From Tricharina praecox (lineage: Eukaryota), in contig NW_026250431.1 of NCBI RefSeq assembly GCF_024521635.1, positions 1 through 64,000 on the forward strand: a stretch of DNA of 64,000 nt, given 5' to 3'. How positions within the stretch are numbered: position 1 is the first letter of the stretch; every line of letters starts with the position of its first letter. Shown here piece by piece: positions 32,305 to 45,518 of this stretch. The notes beneath the pieces were generated by a model, which saw only the letters and a program-made list of their open reading frames with translations, ran no database searches and had not been told where the DNA came from. The position numbers and the translations under genes are program-made.

Positions 32305-33381
32305 TCAAACAACCAAAAACTCCCTCCCAGTCTTGGGATCCCTCCTCACCTCGCCTGGCCGATAGGGGCGCACGATCGGCACGTAACTTCCGGTGGGGCT
32401 TGGGGACCTACTCTCGGATGGTCCATATCTTCCTGTGTGACTCGAAGCTCCTCTGGCATATGGTCCATAGTTGCCTGTCGGGCTCGCGGGTCTCTTATCG
32501 AGTGGCACATCCGTGAAAGGGTTGTAGCTTCTTGCGGGACTCGCAGGCCTGCTTTCGAGTGGGATATCAGTGAAACCATTGTTGTCGAGCGGCAAGTCCG
32601 CGAAAGTATTATGCGGAACCGGCCCCGTCGGCGTCGGAGTCGGCGTACGACTCTCGGTATCGCTTCCCACGCTGAACTGGCTTTCGCGATACCTCTTCCT
32701 CTCCCGCTCCGTAAACGTAAACGGATTACTCCCATTTCCCGTCGCATCCGAACCCGCGCGCTCTCTCGTCCCCGCCGTCCCTGCCAAACTCGGCGCGCTC
32801 GACCACGATCCGAGCTCTATCCCGCGCTGCCCTCCGAACCCCGCATCCCCTTCCTCCACCCTTCTCGCCTCCGCCCCCCACCACGTAAACGCGCCTGGGG
32901 CCCACGTCTTCCTTAGGACCTTCGGCGCGAGACTGTCCCGCCACCGCGGCAGTGTCCCGCCCTCCTCGGGCTGGAACAAGATCGTGCGTCTCCTGACTTC
33001 CGCACCGACCCGTGCGCCCATTGCGGCGGCCTTCTCCCGCGCGACGACAGCCCGCCGCCGCACCTCCGCCATCTGCTCCATCAGCGTGCCGAACGGGTAG
33101 GGCTTTGCCGGCCCGGCAGCCAACGGGTCCAGCGTCCGCCGGTAGATGGTCTTGAGGTTCTCGGGCTTGGGCTTGGGCTTCGGCTTGGGTCGCGTGCCCG
33201 AGCGGAAGGACGTAACGAGAACCGTCAGGGAGTTCGCGGCTGTGAACGACATGATCACAAGCGGGATCACATGCCCACCGTGGGATTCGGGCGTCACGAT
33301 TATCGAGTAGGCGCCGGTGAAGAGAGTGATTGTGATGAAGAAGTGCAGGATCGTCTGGCGCTTGCCGAGGCGGAACCACAT
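32305..33381 (-). CDS. Uncharacterised 358-aa protein with two N-terminal TM helices and a disordered NPF-motif tail
   Basis: ATG at 33381 (MWFRLGKRQ), two hydrophobic segments, (PK)n run, NPF motifs and repeated F(T/A)DxPL(D/E) units; GC-rich open frame. Confidence 0.7.
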   Translation of the reverse strand: MWFRLGKRQTILHFFITITLFTGAYSIIVTPESHGGHVIPLVIMSFTAANSLTVLVTSFRSGTRPKPKPKPKPENLKTIYRRTLDPLAAGPAKPYPFGTLMEQMAEVRRRAVVAREKAAAMGARVGAEVRRRTILFQPEEGGTLPRWRDSLAPKVLRKTWAPGAFTWWGAEARRVEEGDAGFGGQRGIELGSWSSAPSLAGTAGTRERAGSDATGNGSNPFTFTERERKRYRESQFSVGSDTESRTPTPTPTGPVPHNTFADLPLDNNGFTDIPLESRPASPARSYNPFTDVPLDKRPASPTGNYGPYARGASSHTGRYGPSESRSPSPTGSYVPIVRPYRPGEVRRDPKTGREFLVV

Positions 33382-35219
33382 TGCGGCTGGCTGGAGGTGT
33401 GTTGCGATATTCCGGTTGAGGTGTCGAGTGTACGATCGGAAAGTTCGCTGGTGAATTTCTGTGCTCTTGTATCGGCGGGAAACTGCAACACAGCGTATAC
33501 GGAGGAGCAGGTTGTTTCGGCGGTTGTGAATATGCGCGCTTTTTATATTGGGTAGAGATGTGTGAAGGTAGGTAAGAAGGCAGAGAATGATATTGGCCAC
33601 GGAGGGAGGGACGACCACTCAATGGCTTGGCCCGAGTGATAAGGATGTCTGAGAATGTCTGGGCACGAGTGAGAAGTGTGTCTGTGCGGGAGTGAGCGAA
33701 AACGTGTCTTGCATCCACGTTTGAACTCACAAATGGTCTTTCTTATACCGCCGTAGAAAATAGAAGCACTGAAGCCCTCGCTCCGACTATTCCAGGTACA
33801 CCTCCGTCTTCAATGTCGCTATGTCTGGCATTCGCACCCGGCATGTTTCTATGATCAGCGGCAAGAAATGAACATAGCGACCAGCAAGCCTGGTGGTGAT
33901 GCTTTGGTGGATCCCACTGCATCGAGAAATTAGTTGCTTAGCCCCACTCTGCCACAGACTTTTGCTTGCTAGTTCTGAAGTCTTTCGTTAACCATGGCTC
34001 GAAAACCGCTCAGGGGATCGTCACAACTCATCTTTTCTTTCGTTTCCTCAGTACTTCGAGACGGGCATGCCAGACAACATTACACCATTATACAACCTCC
34101 TAGCGACCCGTCAACGTCCCAATCCTGATCGCAGTCCCTTATATTCTCCCGAGTCCCGACTCGTCACCAACCCGCGTCGCCCAAAAACCTCATCCCCTCG
34201 CATTCAGCCAGGGCGACGATGTTTTTGTTATAGGGGAAAACCCGAAGGTTAAAAACCCCATCCACATAAGTGGTGTGCACAGAGTGCATTGTTCTTGAAA
34301 GAATAAAGAGGGGAAAAACGGGACCAGAAGAAACGGCCGACCACAGTTAGACGGCACAGGGCAGTAACGGAAAGGCGGTGGAGAATGAATCAGGAAAAAG
34401 AATGGTCGAGCAGAAACGAGATGTGCAGTAAATACCACCAACGACGTGCGAGGGGTGCATTGGCTTCGCGATGCCGCTCAGGCGCTGATGTGGGGGCTTG
34501 GGATTTGGGTCCACACGGTCTCGGTCGAAGGGGTTGGGGCGATGCGATCAGCGGCAATATTAGGACGGCCAGCGTAGGCGGCAGATGGGAACCGCTTCTA
34601 GCTGGGACATGCCCTCGTAAGGCGGGAAGCGGAGGCGATGAAGGGAAAAGGCAGCTCGTCCATGTAAGATCAAGGGGCGGAAGAAGAACCGATGATTGCG
34701 TAGGTGATACGACATTCTCAAGCGCTTTGAGGGCGACGGTAGGGGGGAACTGGTACTGACGACCAGCCGCAGACGAACCCAGAGAGAAGGATAGCGCGGA
34801 GCGGTATTGCGGTGTAGGTGGCCATGCGGATTGGCACAATAAAGAACGTGAAGCGGCGGGTGTGAAGCGGCGGGTTTGGATCGGTGGGTCTGAAGCGGCG
34901 GAAAAACGAATAGGACGTGGCGGCTTGTTCCAGGATAAACGGGAAAGGCGTCGAGCTTCCTTGTGGACGGCAATTTCCTACTTCCTCATCTTTCCTTTGC
35001 CAAACTGTACTTCGAGATGACGGCTTTTGAGGATTCGTTTACCGTCTTTCGGACGATACACCTGCGCTTGGTTAAGATGGAAAGGGTAATGTCTAGTACC
35101 CACGAAGGAAGGTTGAAGGCCATGGCGAGGATACCGGGTACGGCGAATTGGAGCTGGCACGAATATTTCGGGCGGAGCGTCGAGCGGTACGGCGATTGCG
35201 AGAGGGTACGGCGAACAGT

Positions 35220-36940
35220 ACGGGAACGTCAACTTCGAGCGGAACGGGAACGGTGATTCCGAACGGGAACGGCAACTTCGAGCGGAATGGGAACGGTGAT
35301 TTCGAACGGGAACGGTGATTTCGAACGGGAACGGCGACTTCAAGCGAGCAGGCCAACTTCGAGCGGAACGGCGACTTCGAATCACTTCGAGCGGTGACGG
35401 CGACTGCGAGCGGGCAGGGCAACTTCGAGCGGTTAGGGAATGCTGATTTCGAACAGGAACGGCGACTTCGAGCGGGCAGGGCAGCTTTGAGCGGGCAGGG
35501 CAGCTTTGAGCAGGCAGGGCAGCTTCGAGCGGAACGGCGATTTCAAACGACTTCGAACGGGAACGGTGATTTCGAACGGGAACTGCAACTTCGAGCGGGC
35601 AGGGCGACTTCGAGCGGAACGACGATACCGAACGATTTTGAGTGGGTACCGCGATTGCGAGAAGGTACGGGGACTTCGAGCGGCTACAGCGAATCGGACG
35701 AACACGGCGATCTCGAGCGGGCAGAGCAACTTCGAGCAGCACGAGAACGGCGACTTCGAACGGATACGGCGACATCCAGCGGGCAGGGCGACTTCGAACG
35801 ACTTGGAGCGGGGACGGCGTCTTCGAGGGGAAACAACAACTTCGAACGATTTCGAGCTAGCACAGCGACTTCAAACGGTGGGGCGACATCCGACCGAGCG
35901 GTTATGGCTAAGCGGATGTACACGGCAACCCATAGCGATTACCGTGATATGAACAGGAACGGCGATCTTGAACGGGTACAGCGACTTCGAACGACTTCGA
36001 GGGGGTACTGGGATTCCGACCGGGGACGGCGATATCGAGCGAGCAAGGCGACTTGAAGCGGGCAAGGTGACATTGAGAGGTGACGTCGCACGGGAACGGA
36101 GACTTCGAACGGGTTCGAGCGGGGATGGAGACATGGAGCGAGCATGGCGATGTCAGGCGGGAACAGTGACGTTGCGCGTTCGCGACGACCTCGAGCTGGA
36201 CTGGTGACATCCGGCGGCACGTCAATTTCGAACGGTATAACGACTACCAACGAGTACGCCGATATCGAGCGGGTCGGCGAATCGGACAAATACGACGATT
36301 TGGAACGGATACGGCGACATCCGTCATCGAGCGGGCACGACGAGTTGTAGCGATTATGGCGACTTCGAGCGGGACGGTGACGTCGGACGGGGACAGCGAT
36401 TTCGAACGGATACGGCGATTTCGGGCGGGCACAGCGTCTTCGAACGGTACAGCGTCACCCAACATCCGACCTTGAGCGGATACGGTGACGTCGAGCGGCA
36501 ACGACGACCTTTAGTTATGACGGCGACTTCGAATGATTCGAGCGGGCACAGCCGCTTGGAGCGCGAACGGCGATTTTGAGCGGGTACGACGACTTCGAAC
36601 GACTTCGGGCGGTCACGCAGCTTTGAACGGGCACGGCGACATCCGACATCGAGCTGGAACGGCAACATCGAGCAGCCACGGCGACCTCTAGCGATTACGA
36701 CGACTTCGACCGCCCTCAGACGGTCACGTAACTTCGAACATGAACGACGACTTTGAGTGGGCAGGGCAACGTCAAGCGGAACGGCGACTTCAAATGACTT
36801 CGAGCGGGAACGGCGACTGCTTGTGAGTACAGCAAAGTCGAGGGGGTACGGCAACGTCGCACGGGCACGGAAAACTTCGAGCGGGACCGGTGGTGCCAGG
36901 CAGTTCCTTTCGAGCGGATACGACAACGGCGGTGCGTAAC
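35220..36940. repeat. Degenerate minisatellite array built on CGGCGACTTCGA(A/G)CGGG
   Basis: TTCGA(A/G)CG core recurs every ~18-35 bp over ~1.7 kb. Confidence 0.85.
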
Positions 36941-38099
36941 AATCTGCAAACGGCGTTGGTTGCAAAGAAAACCACAGCGGTGAGGCCGAAGCGGGACTGA
37001 TTTGGTGGTGCTGTGGCGCATTATGATGCTCTGTCGGTTATGTCCGCCGCGCTTAAATACTGTAGCGATGCAGGACGTCACACCGTTGTTTGGAGGCACA
37101 CCGCGCGGAGGAGGGGGTGGAAGGATTGTCGGATGGAATGCAATTGCCGTTCGAGATTGCGTACACGGTTGTCCACGAGAAGGGTACCATGAAAATTGGA
37201 GGCAGAGGCGGAGGAGACGGTCAAGCATTGCCTAGCGATCGAGCTAAAGGTATATAGGTGCTCCTCACTGGACTAGCGATAGTTCCCGGTGATCCTATCA
37301 CAGTAGCCGGGGGATACTCTGCTTCGCTGACGTCTCGGATTGCGCAATTGAAGAGGCACGACCACAATGTTGGCATGCCAGCAGACGCTTCGATAGAACG
37401 GGGATGGGCGGGGGGAGGTGGGCTTTGATGTCGACGTTGGTAGCGATCGTGGGGTAAGAGAATGGGTGCAACAGCGGGCGACGGTTTGTACGGCACCGAA
37501 AATGGCCAGCGCGATGATGAAGCGGGAGAAACGGGGAGGTGTATTGTGAGACCGAGTTGTAACCGGGACTCCAAGTAGCTGAGTGCTACCGGCACGCTAT
37601 CTACGGCGGTGGCGAGTGTTGAATAACGGGTCACGATGGAGAAGGAGCACGTTGCAGAAAAAAGACAGATCTGTGAGGTAGGTATGCGAAAGGTGAGCGG
37701 TGTCGAGCGGCACGTATGTGGCGTTGCGAGTATTTGAAAGCAATTTGAAGGAGCAGTGAATATAAACGCGCACGCAGATACGTCGAGTCGCAGGCAGGCA
37801 GCTGAGCGAGATCGGGTAGGAGGAAATGGAATGGCAACCATCGACCACGCAGTGCGATTGGCTGGCTGTTTCGACGAGCCCGTAGTCTTGCAGACCGCTG
37901 AACCTCGAAGGCCGGTGGCCGCGGGCACCGTGATGTCTGGAATTGGTCGGAATGTGTCACATCGACGGAGGGACGAAGGAACGAAATGGAAGTTCGCACG
38001 CTACGGCGTATTGCAACTGCGGTATGGTCTGGGAACGGTAGGCGACGAGGAACGGCGGAATCACTAGCTAATGTCACATGGTAAATCGGGTCAAGGAGT

Positions 38100-38249
38100 G
38101 GGATGGGGATGAGAGTGGGGAGAAAGAAGAAATAGGGAAGCGGAATAATCTCGGCCGTGGATAGAGGGGAGTGTTGGGATGGGGATGAGAGTAGGGAGAA
38201 AGAAGAATTAGGGAAGCGGAATAATCTTGGCCGTGGATAGAGGGGAGTT
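38100..38249. repeat. Two-copy ~77-bp direct repeat
   Basis: GGATGGGGATGAGAGT...GGCCGTGGATAGAGGGGAGT occurs twice in tandem. Confidence 0.85.
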
Positions 38250-40720
38250 TATGAACGGTCTGTGGACGACAGTGCGTGTAGCGGTGACGGTGAACAATGC
38301 AGGTACTGTTGTGTTGCGAGAAACGGAGCGCACGTTGGAGATTCAAGCGTGATCTAGCAGAAGACTGAGGGGAGGTTGTGCAGGATATGAAGAAGCTGTT
38401 GTAGAGAACGAAAAGCGGGCGCAAGTTAGACCGGCAGTCTGGACTTAATGCCATCATGAGTCGCCGAAGTACTCGAAGAGTGCTTCACGAACGAACCAAG
38501 ATGAAGGCGGACAAATGAGGCCGACAATGAAGAAGTTGTATCAGGCCACAGTGATCATGCGGATAGAGCAGGAGAGCGAGCGAAAAGGACGGTAATAAGT
38601 ATCGCGAGACTGGGAGAAGTGACGGGGGTCAAAGCGGCAGCGAGAATACGAGCGAAATTGTTTGCACGGTGATGGGCGACGATTTTGTCGAAGAAGACAG
38701 GTTCCATCGATAATGAATGCGTAACGGCGGGCAGGAGTCGGATTCTGGAGCGGCAACGATGTAGAACATAGTGACGGGGAAAACAGCAAAAGCTTGGGTG
38801 ACTGGTCAAGTGGGGCGCACAAGTTGCACTCTGACAGATTCGCATCGTGGCAGGAGAGGATGGAGGACGGGTTGCCGAGCGACGCATGGTGGACATGGAT
38901 TCTGTGGCTGTTATTATGGTTTCTGCATCAGGATCACGAACAGGCTGCGGATAGTCCGCCCTTCGTCTTCCTTCGATTCGGTCGTCTCAAGACTGTTCTT
39001 CCTTCTTGCCTTCTATTGGTGCGGGGTTCATGACGGGCATAATCTGACGGTAATGCTGATGGCACATGTGGCGGTGATATACAAGGGGAATGTGCGTGCC
39101 GTGCTCGCGGTGGCGGCGAATGGTGAGTCGGGGAACCGAAAATCATGTGGAGACGAAAATGAGACCCAACTCGCTTACTGGCGAGACGAAGTAGATGTAG
39201 CACGAGGTAAAAGGTGCAACGTCGCAACGGTGTCTGCGCATCTCAAACATCATGTGGATCCCAATCATGCCAGTCTCCGTCAGCGCGTTAGAGAGGGTAG
39301 GCGGTTTCAGTTGTGTTGACGTATGGTAGTCGTGGAAAGACTCGATCGGTCGGTATCAGGGAGGACGGGCGTCAGCGGGGAAACAATCTCGCCAGAGCCC
39401 TTTCCCAGCAGAAAGCCCACGGGCAACCGATCGTCTCGCTGTAGCAAAGCTCTCTCGCAAAGGCATGGTTTATTCGACGTTCAGTCCGACTCGTGTTGTG
39501 TAGGGTGCGGTGGGGTATTTCGGTGTCGTGGTCTTGTCGGTGCGGGGTAGGTGAGGGGTCACTTGAAGCCGTGAGCCACGAGGGGCGATGGAAGATAGAA
39601 GTGAACCGAGACGACCGTCTTGGTGATGGTAATCAAAGGCATAGTTGCGGTACGATGCGACAGGAACCGATATCGAGGGGATGGATGGCGAGAGGAAGAA
39701 ACGAAGCGGATCAGACGGGATGGTGGAGGTGGTGGTGGTGAGAGTAGCGGGGTTGCAGTCGTCGCATTCAGGTTTCGGTTGCTGAATCGATGATGCAAGG
39801 ATTCGCTTGGCGATCACGTGGCTGACAAAGCGGCCTTCGGTTACGAATACCGCTTGGGGATGAACACTGATTGCAGACGATCACAACTCTGGACGAATCG
39901 CAGGATTCGAGCTGAATCTACACAAAGCGCTAGTGGTTCTGAGTAACCTGACGCGTCCAGATCATCCCATCTCCACTGTCAGGTGTTTTCATGTGCGATG
40001 TGTCACTGAACGCGTCGACTGAATGGCTGCGCTACTTTACACGAATGCACTTTCCGAGAGGATTTTCCGAGGCGGACGGTGGCTAACGCAGCTCAGCAGG
40101 TGGCAGCGAACTGCGTGCAGAGAAGGGCGGCGACGTCGAGAAGTGTGGCTAGTTGTTCCGTCGGAAGCGGCTGCGGAATCGGCACTAGATTAGAGCCGTC
40201 CGTTGGGCCTTCTGGGCTTTTCTAAAGGAAGCGATCGATCGCTTGATTACTTGATGGTTGGTCGTCTGGAAGCAGCTTTCCTTCGAATCGCCCTCCCACC
40301 TCGTAGCTGTGAGAAGCCTTCCGTCTCCAGCCGGGCCGACTCACTAGCAGCTGGCCGTGCAAAACCTTCGTTGCTTCTTCGAGACCGTAACCGCTGACTG
40401 ATGGCCGGCGACATCGCCAACATGGGCAGTAGGTGCCCCTGCAGCGAGCGCCCGTCACTCTTGCGTCCTCTCAAAATGCGTGCGGCCTGCTTAGCGCTGG
40501 GAGTGAAACCCGCCGGATTGGCGCTGCCAGTTAGCTGCACGGTGCCTGCCAGCTGCTATTTCCTTGTTCGCCTTCCCAGCTCTTCTCTCCCTTCTCTCTT
40601 CCCCCTTCTCTCTTTACATATAACACCCACGACTGTCTCCATTCTACCCTCACCGCTCTTACCACCCGCGTCCATCTCCAATCACCCCTCCATTAGACCA
40701 CCCTCAATCAATCTATCATC

Positions 40721-41567
40721 ATGTCGGTTCGCGTGCAGCATCCTGCTCCCGACTTCAAGGGCACTGCCGTCGTCGATGGTGCTTTCGAGGGTACGTGTCA
40801 TCATCACCACCGCAGCAGCTTTTCCAGCTCTATGAACACCTCACTAATATTATTCCCTTCATCTAGAGATCTCCCTCAAGGACTATGCCGGTCAGTGGTT
40901 GATCCTCGGCTTCATCCCGATGGCCTGGACTTTCGTCTGGTATGCTCTCTTTCCGGCTCCCACGCGTTGCATTTCTCGTCCGGCAGCTGCTGACTCCTTC
41001 CAGCCCCACCGAAATCATCGCCTTCTCCGATGCTGCCAAGCAGTTCGCCGACCGCGACGCCAAGGTCGTCTTCGCTTCCGTCGACTCCGAGTATAGTTTG
41101 CTCTCGTGGGCGTCCACTGCCCGCAAGGACGGCGGTCTCGGCAAGGTCGACATCCCGTTGCTGTCCGACAAGAACCACAAGATCTCGCGCGCCTACGGTG
41201 TTCTGATCGAGGAGGAGGGAATTGCCCTGCGCGGTCTGTTCATCATCGACCCCAAGGGTGTCGTTCGTCAGGTTTGTTGCGCAGACATGGGCCCATGGTG
41301 GAACGTAAGCTGACGATACGCGTAGATTACCATCAATGACCTCCCTGTCGGTCGTTCTGTCGACGAGACCATGCGCCTCATCGATGCCTTCCAGTTCACC
41401 GAGAAGGTACATCTCATCGCTGCCCATCGCTTCATCCTGAACTCATTCGCTAATTGTCTCTCCACTAGTACGGTGAGGTCTGCCCCGCCAACTGGAGCCA
41501 GGGTGGCGAGACCATCAAGGCCGATCCCAAAAACTCGAAGGAGTACTTCAGCAAGGTGTTCGGTTAG
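40721..41567 (+). CDS. TSA1: Typical 2-Cys peroxiredoxin, 196 aa (exons 40721-40790, 40867-40939, 41004-41271, 41326-41406, 41469-41567)
   Basis: Spliced product has [23 protein letters not shown] (peroxidatic Cys), [21 protein letters not shown] (resolving Cys) and KEYF. Confidence 0.97.
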
Positions 41568-42201
41568 ACGTTTTGATTTTCTTGACACGGGGATAAATAG
41601 CAGCGATCAGGCTACTGAAGACTGGTCGGTGCTGGAGTATGGGTGTTTGATTTCCACTTTCACAAGGCGGTAGAAATAGACATGGGCGATAGAAATTTCC
41701 AAGCGGATTGCATCTTTTGATTGTTCGTGAAAGACGTGACGTGATATCATGAGTTTGTTATCTCTTCTTCCCCACCGTGGGCGATGGGGAATTTCGCGTC
41801 GATGTCGTGTCGGCCCAATGGACCGTGTCCTCCTATGTGATACGACGAAGTGCGTTACGTGCCGACTCTACACCGCCGTGCTACCGCTCCCCCGGTCGCG
41901 CGTTGCTAATTCGGATCACGTGAATGCACTGATTCCCGGTGCACCTCGAAATGCGCAGTATCAATGGAAATTCAATTCACAAGTTCCTACCTTCTCGAGG
42001 AGAAGCTTTCAACGATCCAGTTATCGTTTTACACGTGAGTATGAATTTGTTTTGAAAGACTGCTGCTACCTGAGTCACCGTGCGCTAAACATGCACGAAG
42101 CTCCGGATTCCAGAGCCGCATAGCTATCCTAGTCGCCACGCCCAACAGCACCCAACCACCAACCACCAACCTCTTCGTGAACCCACCACCAACCAACTAC
42201 A

Positions 42202-43891
42202 ATGTCGATCGAGCCCCGCCAACTGTCCTCTCGAGGGCCCTCGCACAACGGCAGCATACCGCGACCCCCAGGTGCGCTGTCCTCGCGCGAGAACAGCAGA
42301 CGAGGCCCTGCAGCTGCCTTATCGACGCCGAGAGGACCTGCCGAGCCACAGTACACTGTCTACATTCGATTGCCGTTTCCGAGAAACGGGTTTGTCGATC
42401 CGCCACGGGTAGGTCTCCGGGAGGGCGGTAGCTGTGAGAGTGGAGGGACGCTAGTTGACACTAGACAGGTCGAGTGGGATGCCACCAAGGAACGGTACCT
42501 GTGGAAGGTGATTTCTAGGGGAAATCGGAATGCTGATGTTGACTGTAAGCCCTCTCACCCAGCTTCACTTTGTAACGTGCTGATTTCGTCCAGGGGATGC
42601 ACTGTACTCTTCCTCCCCCCTCCCTTTCACGATCCACGACATTCACGCGTTCTAGTGCCCAGCACCTCCAAGTCTCGCACGCCTTCCTCCTCCAGCAAGC
42701 CGCCTGGCTCTACGAACGCGAGCTATCCCAAATCCAAGCGCGAATGCGGCGAATGCCCACGGGCGCAGGCGGCGCACTGAACGCGAGCAGTCCCGCGCCG
42801 ACGCCGTCATCACCCGCTGCGCCAATGTTCCCTTCCGCCGCGACTCCGGTAACTCCGACCGCCACCGTGCTGAGGCCTAGTGTTCTGTCGGCGTTCAACG
42901 GACGGCAGGCGAGCGGACGCCCGGCGAGGGACGACGGCAACGGCAGTGCATCACCCGCGGTGGGCCAGAGTGCACCCGAGCAGAGAATATCCCCGTCGCT
43001 GTCAGTGCGCTCGACCACGCCACGGGCGACACATACGCCGCAGCAGGGGATGAGTAGTAAACGTGCCATCCTCCCCCCCCCCCACCCTCACACCCGCTAA
43101 CCCCCTGTAGCGTCAACCATAACCTCCCGCGTCCCGCACCGACTAACAACAGCGCTCCTCCCGCCGTCGCCCCCATCCCCCTCATCGCGCACATCCAGCT
43201 CCAGCAGCCCCATCGACTCCGTGAACGCATCCTCGAGCTCCGACGACGACGGCCCGCGCCCGCCGCCCGGCGCACGCTCGCATAGAAGGCTGCCAACGTT
43301 CCGCCACAGCTTTGGAAGCGAGGATGAGGGCGCAGACGATACTGATGAGCCGCTGTTTTTGCCGTTTTCGGCGACGATTGCTGATGCTGATACGGACACG
43401 CTGGAGCTGCAGCCGACAAGACAGCAGCAGGGGCAGGGGCAGCCCACGAGGCAACAACAGCAGATGCACCAGCAGCAGGGACAGCACCAGAACCAGCAAC
43501 AGGGGCAGCAGCCGGGGCAGCAGCAGCTACAGCACCAGCACGACCAGCAGCAGCACCAGCAGCAGCACCAGCAGCAGAAGCTAGCCACCACGCACGTCAC
43601 CCGCGCTAGCGGCCGCGTCGATTCCGCCGGCCCGAGTAGTCCCAGCATGGGCAGCAGCTTTAGTGATCTTTCGGGTGGGTCTCTTAGTCTCTTTGTCTCT
43701 GGGTCTCGTGGTGTGCGGGATGTGATGTGAAGAGGCTAATGAGAAAAAAAGATGCCAGTGTCTCCCAGAGCGCGATGGAGGAGGCCTTCCTGAGCACTAT
43801 GAACGCCGGCGGCGGCGGCGGCGTCGCAGGCGGAGGCATGGCGAGTCGCATGTCTACGCTTGGGCAGGCGGTTCGGAGTCGGTATTTTTAG
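42202..43891 (+). CDS. ATG29: Autophagy-related protein 29 (six exons incl. a 10-nt microexon 42594-42603)
   Basis: YTVYIRLPFPRNGFVDPP-VEWD...LW...DWDALAQHLQVSHAFLLQQAAWLYER N-domain and SPSMGSSFSDLSDASVSQSAMEEA...ASRMSTLGQAVRSRYF C-terminus. Confidence 0.93.
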
Positions 43892-45518
43892 TGGTGATAC
43901 AGGCTGTTATACAGGCAGTGGAAGGGGGAGAGAGGGGGGATGGTGGAGGCGGGTGGATGAGGGTGCATGAGGGTGCATAGGTTCGATTGTACTTGGACTT
44001 GGAATTTTGCATACGGACTACGGTTAGGCAATGGGTAATGAATGCATGGATGCTTGGATGCTTGGATGGTTAATGAATGCTTGCTGAATGATGAGGATCA
44101 ATGTGCGCGCTTTCCGTGCATGTGCTGAAACTTACTACTAGCCAGTTTTGTCTGTTCTTGCCCTTGATTCTCCGATCGTGACTTCCGGCGCTTCTGCATT
44201 GCGATTCACCGCCTCTTAGATCTGACAGCTCGACTTGCACCGAGGACGGGTGCTGAGGACGAGCGGTGAGGACGAGCGGCGAAGCCACACGTTACTCTGT
44301 TGGCGGAGTGGCGCAGCCTAGGTAGTGTGGCGTTGACGAGTTGTGTCACTCGCTGGCCCAGCTCGCGTCGTATTAGAAAGAAGATTATGCTATTGCAGAC
44401 AAGGTTATGCCCATGCTTTCACGTCGGTCCATCCGTCGAGGTTCATAGAAGCGTGAGTGCTTGCTCTACTAGTGAGTAACTTTGCAATCCTGCGGCATCA
44501 CTCGTATTTCCGGTCTGCTGGTATGGGATGACTTGCTGGAAATAGGAAATTAGGCATTAGGTATTGCCTCACGAATTCAGTAAGCATGGTGAAGTCTCAT
44601 AGTAGTTATCAAGACTTGTAAATGCTAAACAAAGTTTCGGTGTCCGTACGGAGCAGGCGAAAATATGAGTGATGGATTGTGCGTTGGTTTGGACGTCGTG
44701 ATGATTGATGATGATTGGTGGATTGAACGAAGAACCGGATCGAAACACTTCGCCGTTGTAGTAGATTTCGATACTACAAGTCTTCTGCCCGCCGTAAGAG
44801 TTAGCAGATGGTTGATTAGAATCACCGGTATAGCCCTCCATCTTTACGCTCGGAGAACTCTGGGACAAGCTTTCAACGTTAAAGGTTATTGCCTGCAGCA
44901 TACGCAATCATAGTTACCAAGGAGAGGTATCGATTCTAGATCGATTCGATTTTAACTTTAAGGTTGTGCAAACTATGCTTTTCTTTGCACCTTACCTCAA
45001 CTGTCTACCTAGCCGACGGGCAGTACCAGAAGCCGCGCTCACATCCACTGCTCGATCGTGCTTCTCCGACCAGGTTGCAGGCCGCTATGGGAGCTGGTGA
45101 GAATAACACCGGATCATTGCGCCCTTGACGGCGGCGGTAGTGGTGGTGCTGTTGAGCATATGCACCGGTAATACCACCGGGGGTGTTTACAGACACTCAA
45201 AACCTTCAGTTTTTAGGCAACGTCGACAATAAGTCTACAGCCCCTTGATTACGTCTCCTTCTCTGCCTATGCTATCACAAAACCCTATGCAAAACGTAAT
45301 CCTGTAGTCTATACGTTCGTTCGAGAGGATTTGGGTTCAGCTATTGTCCATGAAGACCACGCGAAACTCTGTTCCCAATATAAGACTACCCACGTATTCC
45401 CTACTGCCGCCGGCAGGAAACCTCTCCGCTCCGTTTCAATCATCCTACACATACAGCCAATACCTCGCCGACTACCACACAACAACTCCATCGTCGATCA
45501 GCCACCGCACACAGAGAA

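Noticed and set aside
34963..36965. Long repetitive ORFs; array considered as CRISPR-like
   Set aside because: No constant repeat with unique spacers, eukaryotic context, no cas genes; ORFs just translate the repeat
37221..40000. Several 100-235 aa ORFs
   Set aside because: No recognisable motifs, codon bias or consistent splice structure
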